DNA of 64,000 nucleotides, taken from contig CAYWWZ010000001.1 in assembly GCA_964462495.1 (NCBI GenBank), forward strand, positions 69-64,068. The letters run 5' to 3'. A program made the position numbers and the translations under genes. Source of the DNA: an uncultured Candidatus Planktophila sp. (GTDB lineage: Bacteria > Actinomycetota > Actinomycetes > Nanopelagicales > Nanopelagicaceae). Shown one piece after another: positions 19,242 to 29,885 of this stretch (positions are counted from its first letter, which is position 1; every line of letters starts with the position of its first letter). Below the pieces are notes generated by a model. It saw only the letters and a list, made by a program, of their open reading frames with translations. It did not search any database and had not been told where the DNA came from.

Positions 19242-20117
19242 CTATTTAGCAGAGGCCAATTCTATCAGGGTTGCCGCGACCTGCTTTACCTCGGTATTGA
19301 CTAGCACCTTGTCGAAAAAGGATGAGGCGGCCATCTCCTCTTGCGCCAGTGCCAGTCGAGCCGCCCGTCTTTCAGCGCTATCGGTGCCACGCCCTTCCAA
19401 GCGAGAGACTAATTCCTCCCAGGTGGGTGGCTCCAGAAAGACCAATACTGCCTCTGGAACTTTCGCCTTTACCTGCTTCGCTCCAGAAATCTCTATCTCC
19501 AGAAGAACACTCTTACCAGCACGAAGCGCCTCCTCAACAGCTTTTCGAGGAGTGCCATAGCGATTGCCTGCAAATGATGCCCATTCCAGAAATTCATCGC
19601 TCGCTATAGCACGATCAAAGTCTTCATCTGAGAGAAAATGATAATCAACGCCATTGCGCTCATTAAATCGCGGCGCACGAGTTGTTGCCGAAATAGAAAC
19701 AAAGAATGGTGATGATTTCTTCAACTCTTGAGCAACCGTACTTTTTCCAACTCCGCCAGGCCCGGATAAAACAATCAGTTGCCCTCTTTTAATGTTCGTG
19801 GGTGGCAAAAATTCAGATACCAAAGCTCTTGCTTGACGATTACCTAAACCTTGAATTCGTCTAGTAAGAGAAATTTCTAACCTCTCAAGAGTTGACCGAG
19901 CACGGATTTTTCCTACACCAGCCACAGATTCAATGAGCTCTAATACGCGCATCTTCGCAACAGCCTCATCTGATTTCGCGAGAGTTAGGACATCAGAGAT
20001 TGAAAGTTCGCCGCTTTTCACCCGCGCCTTTACCGAAGCGCGGATGAGCCGCGATTGCTTCGCCTTGGCCAGAGCGTGCGCACGTTCTTCGGGGGTAAGT
20101 TGTGGAGGAGCTCCCAT
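19242..20117 (-). CDS. gmk: Fusion: mIHF/sIHF-type nucleoid protein (aa 1-103) + guanylate kinase (aa ~112-291)
   Basis: N-term PQLTPEERAHALAKA..R..VK, GVGKIRA, RRIQGLG.RQ = MihF; C-term SGPGGVGKST, SATTRAPR..E..GVDYHF, NRYGT = Gmk; single frame, no stop. Confidence 0.9.
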   Translation of the reverse strand: MGAPPQLTPEERAHALAKAKQSRLIRASVKARVKSGELSISDVLTLAKSDEAVAKMRVLELIESVAGVGKIRARSTLERLEISLTRRIQGLGNRQARALVSEFLPPTNIKRGQLIVLSGPGGVGKSTVAQELKKSSPFFVSISATTRAPRFNERNGVDYHFLSDEDFDRAIASDEFLEWASFAGNRYGTPRKAVEEALRAGKSVLLEIEISGAKQVKAKVPEAVLVFLEPPTWEELVSRLEGRGTDSAERRAARLALAQEEMAASSFFDKVLVNTEVKQVAATLIELASAK

Positions 20118-20123
20118 GGGACA

Positions 20124-20129
20124 AATCTA
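20124..20129 (-). promoter_or_regulatory. -10 hexamer of leaderless mihF-gmk overlapping pyrF stop codon
   Basis: TAGATT (TAG = pyrF stop) + TGTCCC + ATG. Confidence 0.55.
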
Positions 20130-20828
20130 ATTCATTATCTCTTGCGCAATATCTCGCGCCTTTAAACTCATCTCAGCTGCACCGCTCTGCCAGGCTCGCG
20201 TGATGGGCCTACCGATAACCACGAGAGATGCTCCTTCTTCAATCGCCTCTCGAGGAGTCATTGTTCGTTTTTGATCATCACTTCCTTGTTCAGAGAGCGG
20301 ACGTACTCCAGGGGTAATTATTAGCGGGGCACTTCCCACAACAGACCGGATTGCTGCAATCTCTAGGGGCGAGCACACCAGTGCTTTTGCCCCCGATTCA
20401 ACCGCCAATTTTGCAAGTGCAACAGCGCTTTCTAACGCACGATTTGCAAAACCAATCGTAAAGAGGTCTTCCTCAGAAAGAGAAGTCAGGATAGTCACCG
20501 CCGTGACATGGGTATTAGGAACTGCTTCAACCGCAGCTCTAATCATCGCGCTACCACCCGATGCGTGAACTGTCAGAAAAGTTGGGTGCAAGGCTGCTAT
20601 CGCTTGAGCGGCCCCAGAAACTGTATGTGGAATATCGTGAAGTTTTAGATCAAGAAAGATTTCGGCATCGGTTTCATTTTGAATAGCCTTCACACCATCA
20701 TGTCCAAAGGTAAGAAAGAACTCAAGGCCCAACTTAAAAACGCTCACATATTGTTCGGTCGCAGCCACCCATCGCTTTGCAACCTCGAGATCAGGTGTAT
20801 CAACTGCTAAAACGATAGGTGCTTTCAT
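20127..20828 (-). CDS. pyrF: Orotidine-5'-phosphate decarboxylase
   Basis: DLKLHDIPHTV, TVHASGG, TPGVR, DDQKR, VIGRPI. Confidence 0.96.
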   Translation of the reverse strand: MKAPIVLAVDTPDLEVAKRWVAATEQYVSVFKLGLEFFLTFGHDGVKAIQNETDAEIFLDLKLHDIPHTVSGAAQAIAALHPTFLTVHASGGSAMIRAAVEAVPNTHVTAVTILTSLSEEDLFTIGFANRALESAVALAKLAVESGAKALVCSPLEIAAIRSVVGSAPLIITPGVRPLSEQGSDDQKRTMTPREAIEEGASLVVIGRPITRAWQSGAAEMSLKARDIAQEIMN

Positions 20829-21766
20829 CTTCCTTCCTCTCGATGGGCATATCCCACTGCTTGTGAAAGAGTTGTAAAACCTTTGCTGGAAAGTAACTCA
20901 TGGAGTTCATCTCGCACATTGATAATCGCAGATGGGTTTCCAAAGCTAGCGGTTCCAACAGATACTCCAGACGCGCCTGCCAAAATCAGTTCGAGTGCAT
21001 CTCTGCCATTTGCCACGCCACCCATTCCCAATATTGGAACCGTAGGAAGGGCGGCATGGACCTGGTAAATAGCGCGAACTGCAATTGGCTTGATGGCAGG
21101 GCCAGATAGCCCACCTGTTTTGCCTCCCAAGTGTGGCTTCATCGAATCAAGATTGATAACCATCCCAAGAACTGTATTAATCAACGCGAGAGCATCAGCA
21201 CCCGCTTCAACTACCCCTTTTGCTATTCCAGGTAAGTCAGTAACGTCAGGAGAGAGCTTGGCAATAATTGGAAGTTCTCCCCCAATTGTTCGCCTTACTC
21301 CATCAATCACGCGACGAGAAGCATCTGGGTCGCAGGCAAAGACAAGACCTCGATTTTCAACATTCGGACAACTGATATTTACTTCGACAGCACTTAATCC
21401 AGAGACAGAACGCAGCTTTCTGGCAAGAGTCGAATACTCTTCGATGGTCTCGCCTGCTATCGAAACAATAATCCGAGCCTTTTGCTCCAATAGCCAAGGA
21501 ACGTCGTTCGCGAGAAATGCATCTATTCCTGGCCCTTGCAGTCCGATTGAATTGAGCATTCCCGAAGGAGTTTCAGCCATTCTTGGCGTAGGTCGTCCAT
21601 GGCGAGGCTTAGTCATCACCGATTTTGTGACAACTGCACCAATGTCTTTTAATGGAAAGAATTGAGCGAGTTCCTTGCCACTGCTTGCACATCCGCTTGC
21701 AGTGAAGACTGGTGAGGGGAACCAGGCATTGCCAAGAGTGGTTGACATATCGACGGGCATGGCCAT
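20825..21766 (-). CDS. pyrD: Dihydroorotate dehydrogenase family 1B catalytic subunit
   Basis: TKS, NSIGLQGPG, NISCPN, AKLSP, GGLSGPAIKP. Confidence 0.94.
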   Translation of the reverse strand: MAMPVDMSTTLGNAWFPSPVFTASGCASSGKELAQFFPLKDIGAVVTKSVMTKPRHGRPTPRMAETPSGMLNSIGLQGPGIDAFLANDVPWLLEQKARIIVSIAGETIEEYSTLARKLRSVSGLSAVEVNISCPNVENRGLVFACDPDASRRVIDGVRRTIGGELPIIAKLSPDVTDLPGIAKGVVEAGADALALINTVLGMVINLDSMKPHLGGKTGGLSGPAIKPIAVRAIYQVHAALPTVPILGMGGVANGRDALELILAGASGVSVGTASFGNPSAIINVRDELHELLSSKGFTTLSQAVGYAHREEGR

Positions 21767-21768
21767 GG

Positions 21769-22608
21769 CTATTCAGGGACCTTTCCTACGAGATCCCAAC
21801 GCACTAAAGATCCATCCATGACCGGGCCGTCGATGCATGAGCGCACCATGGAGGTTGTTCCTTCACTATTTTTCACGGGCAGCACACAGGTCATGCAGAT
21901 TCCAATTCCGCAGGCCATCGACTCCTCAACTGCACATTGGTGTATTACCTCGGTATTAGCTGTCAACTCTGTGATTGCGCGCAACATGCCCATCGGTCCG
22001 CACGAGTAAATAACATCAATATTTCGATTCTCAATAATTTCCAGAAGATCTTCTGTAACTCGTCCGTTTTCGCCCATGGAACCATCTTCAGTATAAATCT
22101 TTAAAGAATTGACGGAACGCTTGCCCTCCATGGGTGCATAAATCTTTGAACCTATACTTGCGCCAAGCAACATATCTACCCGGCAGCCTCGTGCTTTGAG
22201 AACATCAGCCAAACCAAAGAGTGGAGCTGAACCATAGCCTCCACCTATTAACAGTGCATTTATGGCTTGAGTGGGAATACCGAAAGCCGTTCCTAGTGGG
22301 GCAACAATATCTACTTCATTACCTTCGATTTGCGCACACAGCCATTTACTCCCTGAACCATGTGGCGCAACAATCAATTCCATGGTTCCACCATATTGCG
22401 CACTTTCTGAAGTCCGAGAAATTGCGAAAGCCCGACGGAGAATCATTTTTGAAGATTCTCCACCCACCGATATCGCTACAAAATTTCCTGGGCGACAGAA
22501 CTTAACTACCTCGCCAACATGCAGAAGTATTTGGTGATACGCCCCAATACGTTTGTTTGAAAGCACGGTAGCTTTTTGTTGCACCGCGTTCCTATTGATG
22601 GTGCCCAT
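21769..22608 (-). CDS. pyrK: Dihydroorotate dehydrogenase electron transfer subunit
   Basis: LRRAFAI, GGGYG, CGP, [2Fe-2S] MACGIGICMTC...C.DGPV; ATG 22608 in TAATG overlap with carB stop. Confidence 0.92.
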   Translation of the reverse strand: MGTINRNAVQQKATVLSNKRIGAYHQILLHVGEVVKFCRPGNFVAISVGGESSKMILRRAFAISRTSESAQYGGTMELIVAPHGSGSKWLCAQIEGNEVDIVAPLGTAFGIPTQAINALLIGGGYGSAPLFGLADVLKARGCRVDMLLGASIGSKIYAPMEGKRSVNSLKIYTEDGSMGENGRVTEDLLEIIENRNIDVIYSCGPMGMLRAITELTANTEVIHQCAVEESMACGIGICMTCVLPVKNSEGTTSMVRSCIDGPVMDGSLVRWDLVGKVPE

Positions 22609-25600
22609 TATCGAGAGAGCCACTCTTGAATTGGCGCGATCTGCAAGTCATTCGCCTGAATCGATTTAATGCCTTCGACAGCCGCACTAAAACCGGCCGT
22701 CGTTGTGATGATAGGTATCGAGCGCTGAACCGACGCGGTACGGATCGCCCAACCATCTGCGCGAGTTCCTCGACCAACTGGTGTATTGATCACTAGGTTG
22801 ATATCCCCCGCGTTGAGCATCTCAACGATTGTCTTTTCTCCCATGGGTCCCGTTCCTTGAGAATTCTTGCGAACCGAAACTGTATGCACGCCATGCTGGT
22901 GGAGATATCTTGATGTTCCCTCGGTTGCAAGCAAATGAAAGCCCAAGTCAGCGAGAGCTCTTGCAGGAGCAATCCCTGAAGATTTATCTTTATCAGCAAG
23001 TGAAATGAATACAGTCCCTGATTTAGGCAGGGGCCCAAAGGAGCTAATCTGAGATTTGGCGTAGGCGGCTCCAAAAGTTGAAGCAATACCCATCACTTCA
23101 CCAGTCGATCTCATCTCAGGCCCGAGAACTGCATCTACACCGCGACCATCAGCTCTTCTGAAACGATTCCACGGTAATACGGCCTCTTTCACACTGATTC
23201 CCTTGGCGATCGCATCGCCGGTCGTTGGGAGAAGTCCCTCTGATCGCAAGGTTGCAATTGTTGAACCAAGCGATAATCGCGCCGCTGCTTTCGCGAGTGG
23301 AACCCCTGTTGCTTTGCTGACAAATGGAACGGTACGTGAAGCACGTGGATTTGCTTCCAATACATACAGCGTTGAGTCAGACATAGCAAATTGAATATTG
23401 ATAAGTCCTAAGACCCCAACACCCTGGGCAATTTTGAGTGTCGCAGCTCGAATCTGCTCTCGTTGTAGATTCGTTATTGTTGTAGCTGGTAGAACGCAAG
23501 CGCTATCACCAGAATGAATACCTGCTTCCTCGATATGCTCCATAATGCCACCAAGGAAAAGCTCTTCTCCGTCGTAGAGCGCATCAACGTCAAGCTCAAT
23601 GGCGCTATCAAGGAATCGGTCCACGAGAACTGGGTGGTCGGGAGTTATATCTGTAGCTCTTGAGATGAAGGAAGAGAGCGCTGCATCGTCATAAACAATC
23701 TCCATTCCACGTCCACCCAATACGAAACTAGGGCGCACCAGGACGGGATAACCAATACGTTGCGCAATCTGCAACGCCTCTAATTGCGACGAAGCCATAC
23801 CAAATTCTGGAGCAGTCAAACCTTGTTGCTGTAAAACTTCACCAAACGCCCCGCGCTCTTCTGCCAAGTTAATAGCTTCCGGACTTGTACCAAGAATCGT
23901 TACCCCTGCTGCCTTCAGGCCTGCAGCCAGTCCCAGTGGTGTTTGACCACCTAATTGCGTAATGACTCCGAGGACTGGACCCGCTTGAGTTTCAGCATGT
24001 ACGACTTCGAGTACATCTTCCAAGGTGAGAGGTTCGAAGTACAAACGATCACTAGTGTCGTAATCGGTCGAAACTGTCTCTGGATTGCAATTAATCATGA
24101 TCGTTTCGTAGCCTGCCGCACGCAGAGTGAAGGACGCATGGACACATGAGTAATCAAACTCGATACCTTGCCCAATACGATTCGGACCACTTCCCAGAAT
24201 GATGACTGCTGGTTTCGTCCTTGAACGTACCTCACTCTCTTCCTCATAACTTGAGTAGTGATAAGGAGTGAATGCTTCAAACTCCGCAGCACAGGTATCA
24301 ACCGTTTTATAGACTGGTCGAATCGATAGATGTTGCCTAACTTTACGAACATCCTCTTCGCCCATTGAGCGCAGTAGACCAATCTGGTAATCAGAGAATC
24401 CATGCTCTTTAGCTACTTTAAGCGTCGAAGCGTCCAGCTCAACCGCATCTCTTATATCCCTTGCTTGGTCATTAATGATCTCTAGCTGTTTAAGGAACCA
24501 TCGATCTATCTTCGAAGCTGTATAGACCTCTTCAATGGATGCACCTAACCACATAGCCTTTTGAACTTGCTGTAATCGATACTCCGTTGGAGTTTTCATT
24601 GTCTCTAAAAGACGATCACGCTCTTGCGGTGATGCGGCCCGTGAAAAAGTGAAGATTGCTTCCTTACGTTCAAGAGAACGAAGGGCTTTCATTAGCGCTT
24701 CTGGAAAAGAACGCCCAATAGCCATCGCTTCACCAACGGATTTCATGGTGGTAGTCAACCTCGGATCTGCGTCCTGAAACTTTTCAAAGGCAAAACGTGG
24801 AACCTTAACGACGATGTAATCAAGAGTTGGTTCAAAGGATGCTGGGGTTATTTGAGTGATGTCATTCCTGATCTCATCGAGCGTGTAACCAATAGCCAAC
24901 TTGGTGGCAATCTTTGCAATCGGAAAACCGGTTGCCTTAGAAGCAAGTGCTGATGAACGTGAAACGCGAGGGTTCATTTCAATCACAATGATCCGCCCAT
25001 TATCAGGATTTACGGCAAACTGAATGTTGCACCCGCCCGTATCGACCCCGACTTCCCTGATGATAGATATAGATAAATCTCGCAGTTTTTGAAATTCGAC
25101 ATCTGTCAAGGTAAGCGCTGGTGCTACCGTGATGGAGTCGCCGGTATGAACGCCCATTGGATCGATGTTCTCAATGCTGCAAACAATTACAACATTATCG
25201 GACTTATCACGCATAACTTCGAGCTCATACTCTTTCCAGCCGATGATTGACTCTTCAATCAACACTTCTGAAGTAGGGCTATGTCGCAATCCAGCACCAG
25301 CGATTTGTCTCAAAGTCTCCTCATCAAATGCGATACCCGAGCCCAAGCCGCCCATTGTGAACGAAGGTCGAATAACGACCGGGTATTTCAATTCATTCGC
25401 TGCCGCCAATACCTCATCCATTGAATGGCAGATCAATGATCGCGCAGACTCCCCGCCCACTTTCTCAACAATGTCCCTAAAGAGCTCACGATTTTCACCT
25501 CGTTCTATTGCATCGACATCTGCCCCGATGAGTTTCACGTTATAACGTTGCAGAGTGCCTGCCTTGAATAATCCAATGGCGGCATTTAGCGCCGTTTGCC

Positions 25601-25874
25601 CACCGAGCGTTGCTAACACAGCATCAGGGCGTTCTTTAGCAATAATCTTTTCAATAAACTCTGGAGTAATAGGTTCGATGTATGTAGCGTCAGCGAATTC
25701 AGGATCCGTCATGATTGTCGCCGGATTTGAGTTAACCAGAACAACTCTTATTCCTTCAGACTTCAGAACCCGGCATGCTTGAGTTCCAGAATAATCAAAT
25801 TCACATGCTTGTCCAATAACAATCGGACCTGAGCCAATTACTAGAACACTCTTGATGGATTGATCACGGGCCAC
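22608..25874 (-). CDS. carB: Carbamoyl-phosphate synthase large subunit
   Basis: [17 protein letters not shown], duplicated ATP-grasp (EMNPRVSRS / EANPRASRT), MGS C-terminus. Confidence 0.98.
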   Translation of the reverse strand: MARDQSIKSVLVIGSGPIVIGQACEFDYSGTQACRVLKSEGIRVVLVNSNPATIMTDPEFADATYIEPITPEFIEKIIAKERPDAVLATLGGQTALNAAIGLFKAGTLQRYNVKLIGADVDAIERGENRELFRDIVEKVGGESARSLICHSMDEVLAAANELKYPVVIRPSFTMGGLGSGIAFDEETLRQIAGAGLRHSPTSEVLIEESIIGWKEYELEVMRDKSDNVVIVCSIENIDPMGVHTGDSITVAPALTLTDVEFQKLRDLSISIIREVGVDTGGCNIQFAVNPDNGRIIVIEMNPRVSRSSALASKATGFPIAKIATKLAIGYTLDEIRNDITQITPASFEPTLDYIVVKVPRFAFEKFQDADPRLTTTMKSVGEAMAIGRSFPEALMKALRSLERKEAIFTFSRAASPQERDRLLETMKTPTEYRLQQVQKAMWLGASIEEVYTASKIDRWFLKQLEIINDQARDIRDAVELDASTLKVAKEHGFSDYQIGLLRSMGEEDVRKVRQHLSIRPVYKTVDTCAAEFEAFTPYHYSSYEEESEVRSRTKPAVIILGSGPNRIGQGIEFDYSCVHASFTLRAAGYETIMINCNPETVSTDYDTSDRLYFEPLTLEDVLEVVHAETQAGPVLGVITQLGGQTPLGLAAGLKAAGVTILGTSPEAINLAEERGAFGEVLQQQGLTAPEFGMASSQLEALQIAQRIGYPVLVRPSFVLGGRGMEIVYDDAALSSFISRATDITPDHPVLVDRFLDSAIELDVDALYDGEELFLGGIMEHIEEAGIHSGDSACVLPATTITNLQREQIRAATLKIAQGVGVLGLINIQFAMSDSTLYVLEANPRASRTVPFVSKATGVPLAKAAARLSLGSTIATLRSEGLLPTTGDAIAKGISVKEAVLPWNRFRRADGRGVDAVLGPEMRSTGEVMGIASTFGAAYAKSQISSFGPLPKSGTVFISLADKDKSSGIAPARALADLGFHLLATEGTSRYLHQHGVHTVSVRKNSQGTGPMGEKTIVEMLNAGDINLVINTPVGRGTRADGWAIRTASVQRSIPIITTTAGFSAAVEGIKSIQANDLQIAPIQEWLSR

Positions 25875-27001
25875 TAGGACATCACCGCCTTGCGAGGATA
25901 CTTCTTCATTACTTCAATGAAATGATCAAAGAGGTAAGCCGCATCATGCGGACCAGCCGCAGCTTCTGGGTGGTACTGAACGCTAAACGCGCCGCGTTCT
26001 GATAATTCAAGACCCTCCACCACACCATCATTGAGACAGACGTGTGTTACCAATCCTGGACCATATACCGTTGTAAATACGCCCTCTGTTGGCGCCTTCA
26101 AAGCGAATCCATGATTGTGGGCTGTGATTTCCACTTTCCGACTTCTTTGATCCACCACTGGTTGATTTATTCCTCGATGGCCAAACTGCAATTTATAGGT
26201 TTCAAATCCGAGAGCTCGACCCAAGATTTGGTGTCCAAAACAAATTCCGAAAATGGGAATCTCTGCTGCAAGAATCTCTCGAACCAAGTCAATTGTGGCC
26301 GACATGGTTGCTGGATCCCCTGGTCCATTGGAGAGAAAAACGCCATCAGGTGAAAGCGCTTGGATATCGTCAAAAGATGCGTTAAATGGCATCACGTGAA
26401 CTTCGATTCCTCGTTCTGCCATGGCTTTAGGTGTTGCAGCTTTAATACCCAAATCGATCGCAGCTACTGTGAATCTCTTTTCACCAGCTGCCTTGACAAT
26501 GTAAGTGTGATCGGTAGATACCTCTTCAGAAAGATATGAACCGGCCATCGAGGGTTGCTTACGAACCTCAACTACCATCTCTTCACGAGAGAGATTTTCC
26601 CCTGAGAAAATACCCACCCTCATGGCACCTCGATCACGCAAGTGACGAGTAATTGCGCGGGTATCCACCCCTTGAATCCCTACCACCCCTTGTTTGATGA
26701 GTTCTTCTTCCAAGTCGCCTTCACTGCGCCAATTGCTCGTAAGAGTTGATGGGTTACGTACAACGAAACCAGCAACCCAAATTTTGCGAGACTCATTGTC
26801 GAAATGATTGACTCCAGTATTGCCGATATGTGGAGCTGTCATCACAACGATCTGTTTGTGATAGGAAGGATCGGTTAAGGTCTCTTGATACCCAGTCATC
26901 CCCGTCTGAAAGACAGCTTCACCGAATGTCTTTCCGGTTGCGGCCCAAGAACGGCCCTCAAAAATTCTTCCATCATCAAAGACTAAGAATGCTTTAGACA
27001 T
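25874..27001 (-). CDS. carA: Carbamoyl-phosphate synthase small subunit
   Basis: [33 protein letters not shown]. Confidence 0.97.
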   Translation of the reverse strand: MSKAFLVFDDGRIFEGRSWAATGKTFGEAVFQTGMTGYQETLTDPSYHKQIVVMTAPHIGNTGVNHFDNESRKIWVAGFVVRNPSTLTSNWRSEGDLEEELIKQGVVGIQGVDTRAITRHLRDRGAMRVGIFSGENLSREEMVVEVRKQPSMAGSYLSEEVSTDHTYIVKAAGEKRFTVAAIDLGIKAATPKAMAERGIEVHVMPFNASFDDIQALSPDGVFLSNGPGDPATMSATIDLVREILAAEIPIFGICFGHQILGRALGFETYKLQFGHRGINQPVVDQRSRKVEITAHNHGFALKAPTEGVFTTVYGPGLVTHVCLNDGVVEGLELSERGAFSVQYHPEAAAGPHDAAYLFDHFIEVMKKYPRKAVMS

Positions 27002-28281
27002 TAGAGACCCGCCTTGTAGGTAAGGCTTCCATTAAAGAAAGTGGCTTGAACAACGCCGGGAATCTCCATGCCATGGAAGGGAGTATTGCGGCTTCTTGAG
27101 GCTAAGCGATCTCGATCCACGCGTTGGATTTGGGTTGGGTTCATCACAACGATATTGGCTTTACCGCCTACGGATAGCGGTAAACCGTGATTCTCATAGC
27201 GTCCAATTCGAGCAGGCGTCATGCTCATCCTCTGGGCAACTTGGTCCCAACTCATGAGCCCCGTCTGAACCATGGTCATATTCACGATAGGCAGAGCAGT
27301 CTCCAAACCCAACATTCCAAATGCAGCCTCTTGCCATTCGCACTCTTTTGTTTCGGCTGCGTGTGGCGCATGGTCTGTGGCAACGATATCGATTACGCCT
27401 TCCGCGAGGGCCTCACGCAAAGCAAGGACATCGCTTTCGGTCCGTAATGGCGGATTTACTTTATATATCGGGTCATATGTTCTAGCTAGCTCATCGGTGA
27501 GTAGAAGGTGGTGGGGCGTTACCTCGGCTGTGACGTCTATTCCTCGAGATTTTGCCCATCGAATAATCTCAACGCCTCCTCGTGTAGTGACATGACAGAT
27601 ATGTAGACGAGCCTTCACATGATCGGCGAGTAAGACATCTCTCGCAATAATTGCTTCCTCAGCGATTGCCGGCCAACCTTTTAAGCCTAATTGCGAAGAC
27701 ACAAAACCTTCATTCATCTGACTATCTTGGGTAAGTCGTGGCTCTTGTGCATGTTGCGCAATAACTCCATCAAACTTCTTCACATATTCGAGAGCGCGTC
27801 GCATCACCAATGGATCAAAGACACAATTTCCATCATCACTGAAGATTCGTACGCGAGCAACCGAATCTGCCATCGCACCAATTTCCGCCAAGTGCTGCCC
27901 TTGTAGCCCTTGTGTTACTGCCCCAATGGGAAAGACATCTACCAGGGCTGCATCTTGCCCTAAACGAAATACCTGTTCTACAACACCAGCTGTATCTGCC
28001 ACAGGAGATGTATTAGCCATTGCACTTAAGGCAACAAACCCTCCTCGTGCACCAGCCTTCGACCCAGAGAGAACCGTCTCAGCATCTTCCTTTCCAGGTT
28101 CACGCAGGTGCGTGTGTAAGTCAACTAGTCCAGGTAACGCAACAGATCCTGTGAAGTCGAACTCGGTAGCACCCTGGCTTGAAAGCTCCTGGCCAATCCC
28201 TGCAATAGTGTCTCCATTAATGAGTAAATCAGTTTTAGCCCCAGAAATTTCCACATTTTTTAGAAGATAATTTGTCGTCAT
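27001..28281 (-). CDS. pyrC: Dihydroorotase (multifunctional-complex type)
   Basis: DLHTHLREPG, EVTPHH, KVNPPLR, TDHAPH. Confidence 0.96.
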   Translation of the reverse strand: MTTNYLLKNVEISGAKTDLLINGDTIAGIGQELSSQGATEFDFTGSVALPGLVDLHTHLREPGKEDAETVLSGSKAGARGGFVALSAMANTSPVADTAGVVEQVFRLGQDAALVDVFPIGAVTQGLQGQHLAEIGAMADSVARVRIFSDDGNCVFDPLVMRRALEYVKKFDGVIAQHAQEPRLTQDSQMNEGFVSSQLGLKGWPAIAEEAIIARDVLLADHVKARLHICHVTTRGGVEIIRWAKSRGIDVTAEVTPHHLLLTDELARTYDPIYKVNPPLRTESDVLALREALAEGVIDIVATDHAPHAAETKECEWQEAAFGMLGLETALPIVNMTMVQTGLMSWDQVAQRMSMTPARIGRYENHGLPLSVGGKANIVVMNPTQIQRVDRDRLASRSRNTPFHGMEIPGVVQATFFNGSLTYKAGL

Positions 28282-29225
28282 TACGCTAAAACTCCTTCTC
28301 TGTTCCCGGCTAGGAGCAGATAGAGAATAGCCATCCGCACACTCACTCCATTTGTTACCTGTTCGACAATGACAGAACGCGCACTATCTGCGCTATCGGC
28401 CGTGATTTCTAAGCCTCGATTCATCGGTCCTGGGTGCATAACGATGGCGCTTGGTTTCATCTTTCGTAGTCGGTCTGCATTTAAACCGAAATACCTCGAA
28501 TACTCACGAGCATTTGGGAAGAACATCTCCGACATTCGTTCTAATTGAATTCGCAGCATCATGATGGCATCAACATTTTCCATGATGGAATCTAGATCGT
28601 AAGAGATCTTGACTGGCCAATTTTCAACTCCAACGGGAAGTAGTGTGGGAGGCGAAACCAAGGTCACTGACGCACCTAATTTAGTGAGAAGTAATACATT
28701 GGAACGTGCAACTCGAGAATGCAGAACGTCGCCAACGATTGCCACATGAAGACCAGTAAGGTCATCAGCGCCTAGTGAGAGATGTTTGCGGATGGTGAAG
28801 GCGTCAAGTAAGGCTTGACTAGGATGCTCATGAGTTCCATCTCCAGCATTTATCACAGAACCCGTCATCCATTGACTGTCTGCCAGACGTACTGCCGCAC
28901 CCGATGCACTGTGACGAATAATGACCGCATCTGCTCCCATCGCTTGCAGAGTCTGAGCAGTATCTTTGAGCGATTCACCCTTGCTAAGACTCGAACCTTT
29001 TGCTGAAAAATTGATGACATCTGCAGATAGCCTTTTAGCTGCGGCTTCAAAAGAGATTCGTGTACGGGTTGAATCTTCTGCAAACAAATTCACAATGGTG
29101 CGACCGCGAAGTGTTGGGAGCTTCTTCATGGGGCCATCAGATGCTCGAGCCAATTCTTCTGCGGTGTTTAAGATTTCAACCGCTTGGACTTTAGAAATAT
29201 CCGATATCGATAAAAGGTGTTTCAT
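28281..29225 (-). CDS. pyrB: Aspartate carbamoyltransferase catalytic subunit
   Basis: [32 protein letters not shown]. Confidence 0.97.
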   Translation of the reverse strand: MKHLLSISDISKVQAVEILNTAEELARASDGPMKKLPTLRGRTIVNLFAEDSTRTRISFEAAAKRLSADVINFSAKGSSLSKGESLKDTAQTLQAMGADAVIIRHSASGAAVRLADSQWMTGSVINAGDGTHEHPSQALLDAFTIRKHLSLGADDLTGLHVAIVGDVLHSRVARSNVLLLTKLGASVTLVSPPTLLPVGVENWPVKISYDLDSIMENVDAIMMLRIQLERMSEMFFPNAREYSRYFGLNADRLRKMKPSAIVMHPGPMNRGLEITADSADSARSVIVEQVTNGVSVRMAILYLLLAGNREGVLA

Positions 29226-29758
29226 ATGGTTTGACCTTCCTCAATAGAGACAAGATCTACCCCATCTAATTCAACAAATTGAACCTTCACGGACTGTGTG
29301 TATGAAGTTGGTAAATTCTTTCCAACATAATCCGCTCGAATAGGAAGCTCCCGGTGGCCACGATCGACCAACACTGCTAGTTGTACGGATTTGGGCCTGC
29401 CAATTTCACCAAGTGCGTCCAATGCCGCTCGAATCGTGCGCCCAGAGAAGAGAACGTCATCGACGAGAACAACATTTCGCCCCTCAACCCCAAGGGACGG
29501 AATCACGGTAGGCATGAGTGCGCGTGGTGGTCTCAATCGCAAATCATCGCGATGAAGCGTGATATCCAAGGTTCCTTGTTGGACAGGTTTCTTCTCTATC
29601 GATTCGATAGTGGCTGCAAGGCGCGCAGCCAAGTGTGCGCCTCGGGTTGGGATACCAAGAAGTGTGATGAGATCTGAACCAGAATTTCGTTCGAGAATCT
29701 CGTGAGAGATGCGGGTGATGGCGCGCGCTATATCCGGCGCAGGCAGAACATGGGTCAT
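29222..29758 (-). CDS. pyrR: Pyrimidine operon regulator / uracil PRTase
   Basis: [46 protein letters not shown]. Confidence 0.96.
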   Translation of the reverse strand: MTHVLPAPDIARAITRISHEILERNSGSDLITLLGIPTRGAHLAARLAATIESIEKKPVQQGTLDITLHRDDLRLRPPRALMPTVIPSLGVEGRNVVLVDDVLFSGRTIRAALDALGEIGRPKSVQLAVLVDRGHRELPIRADYVGKNLPTSYTQSVKVQFVELDGVDLVSIEEGQTI

Positions 29759-29767
29759 CTGTAAATC

Positions 29768-29802
29768 TCCTTCCCCGCCTCGCAGGACGGGTCGTTAAAG
29801 GA
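29768..29802 (-). promoter_or_regulatory. PyrR-binding RNA element overlapping the pyrR Shine-Dalgarno
   Basis: Minus strand UCCUUUAACGACCCGUCCUGCGAGGCGGGGAAGGA: UUUAA, RUCC-NGNGA-GGY loop, UCCUU pairing with SD AAGGA. Confidence 0.88.
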
Positions 29803-29812
29803 TGCTGGGCGA

Positions 29813-29821
29813 AGAATACCA
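29813..29821 (-). promoter_or_regulatory. Extended -10 of pyr operon
   Basis: TGG-TATTCT about 10 nt upstream of the PyrR element. Confidence 0.55.
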
Positions 29822-29873
29822 TCGACTCCGGAGAGCCTGTGGATAGCACCTCATTCACTCTTACCTGTGCCTC

Positions 29874-29879
29874 TACCCT
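29874..29879 (+). promoter_or_regulatory. -10 hexamer of leaderless bldD-like gene
   Basis: TACCCT + CGTTAG + ATG, no SD. Confidence 0.5.
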
Positions 29880-29885
29880 CGTTAG

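Noticed and set aside
29804-29885. BldD autoregulatory box upstream of bldD
   Set aside because: Only a half-site-like TTCACTC and a CTCCGGAG palindrome; no match to the full TNACNCWGNGTNA consensus.
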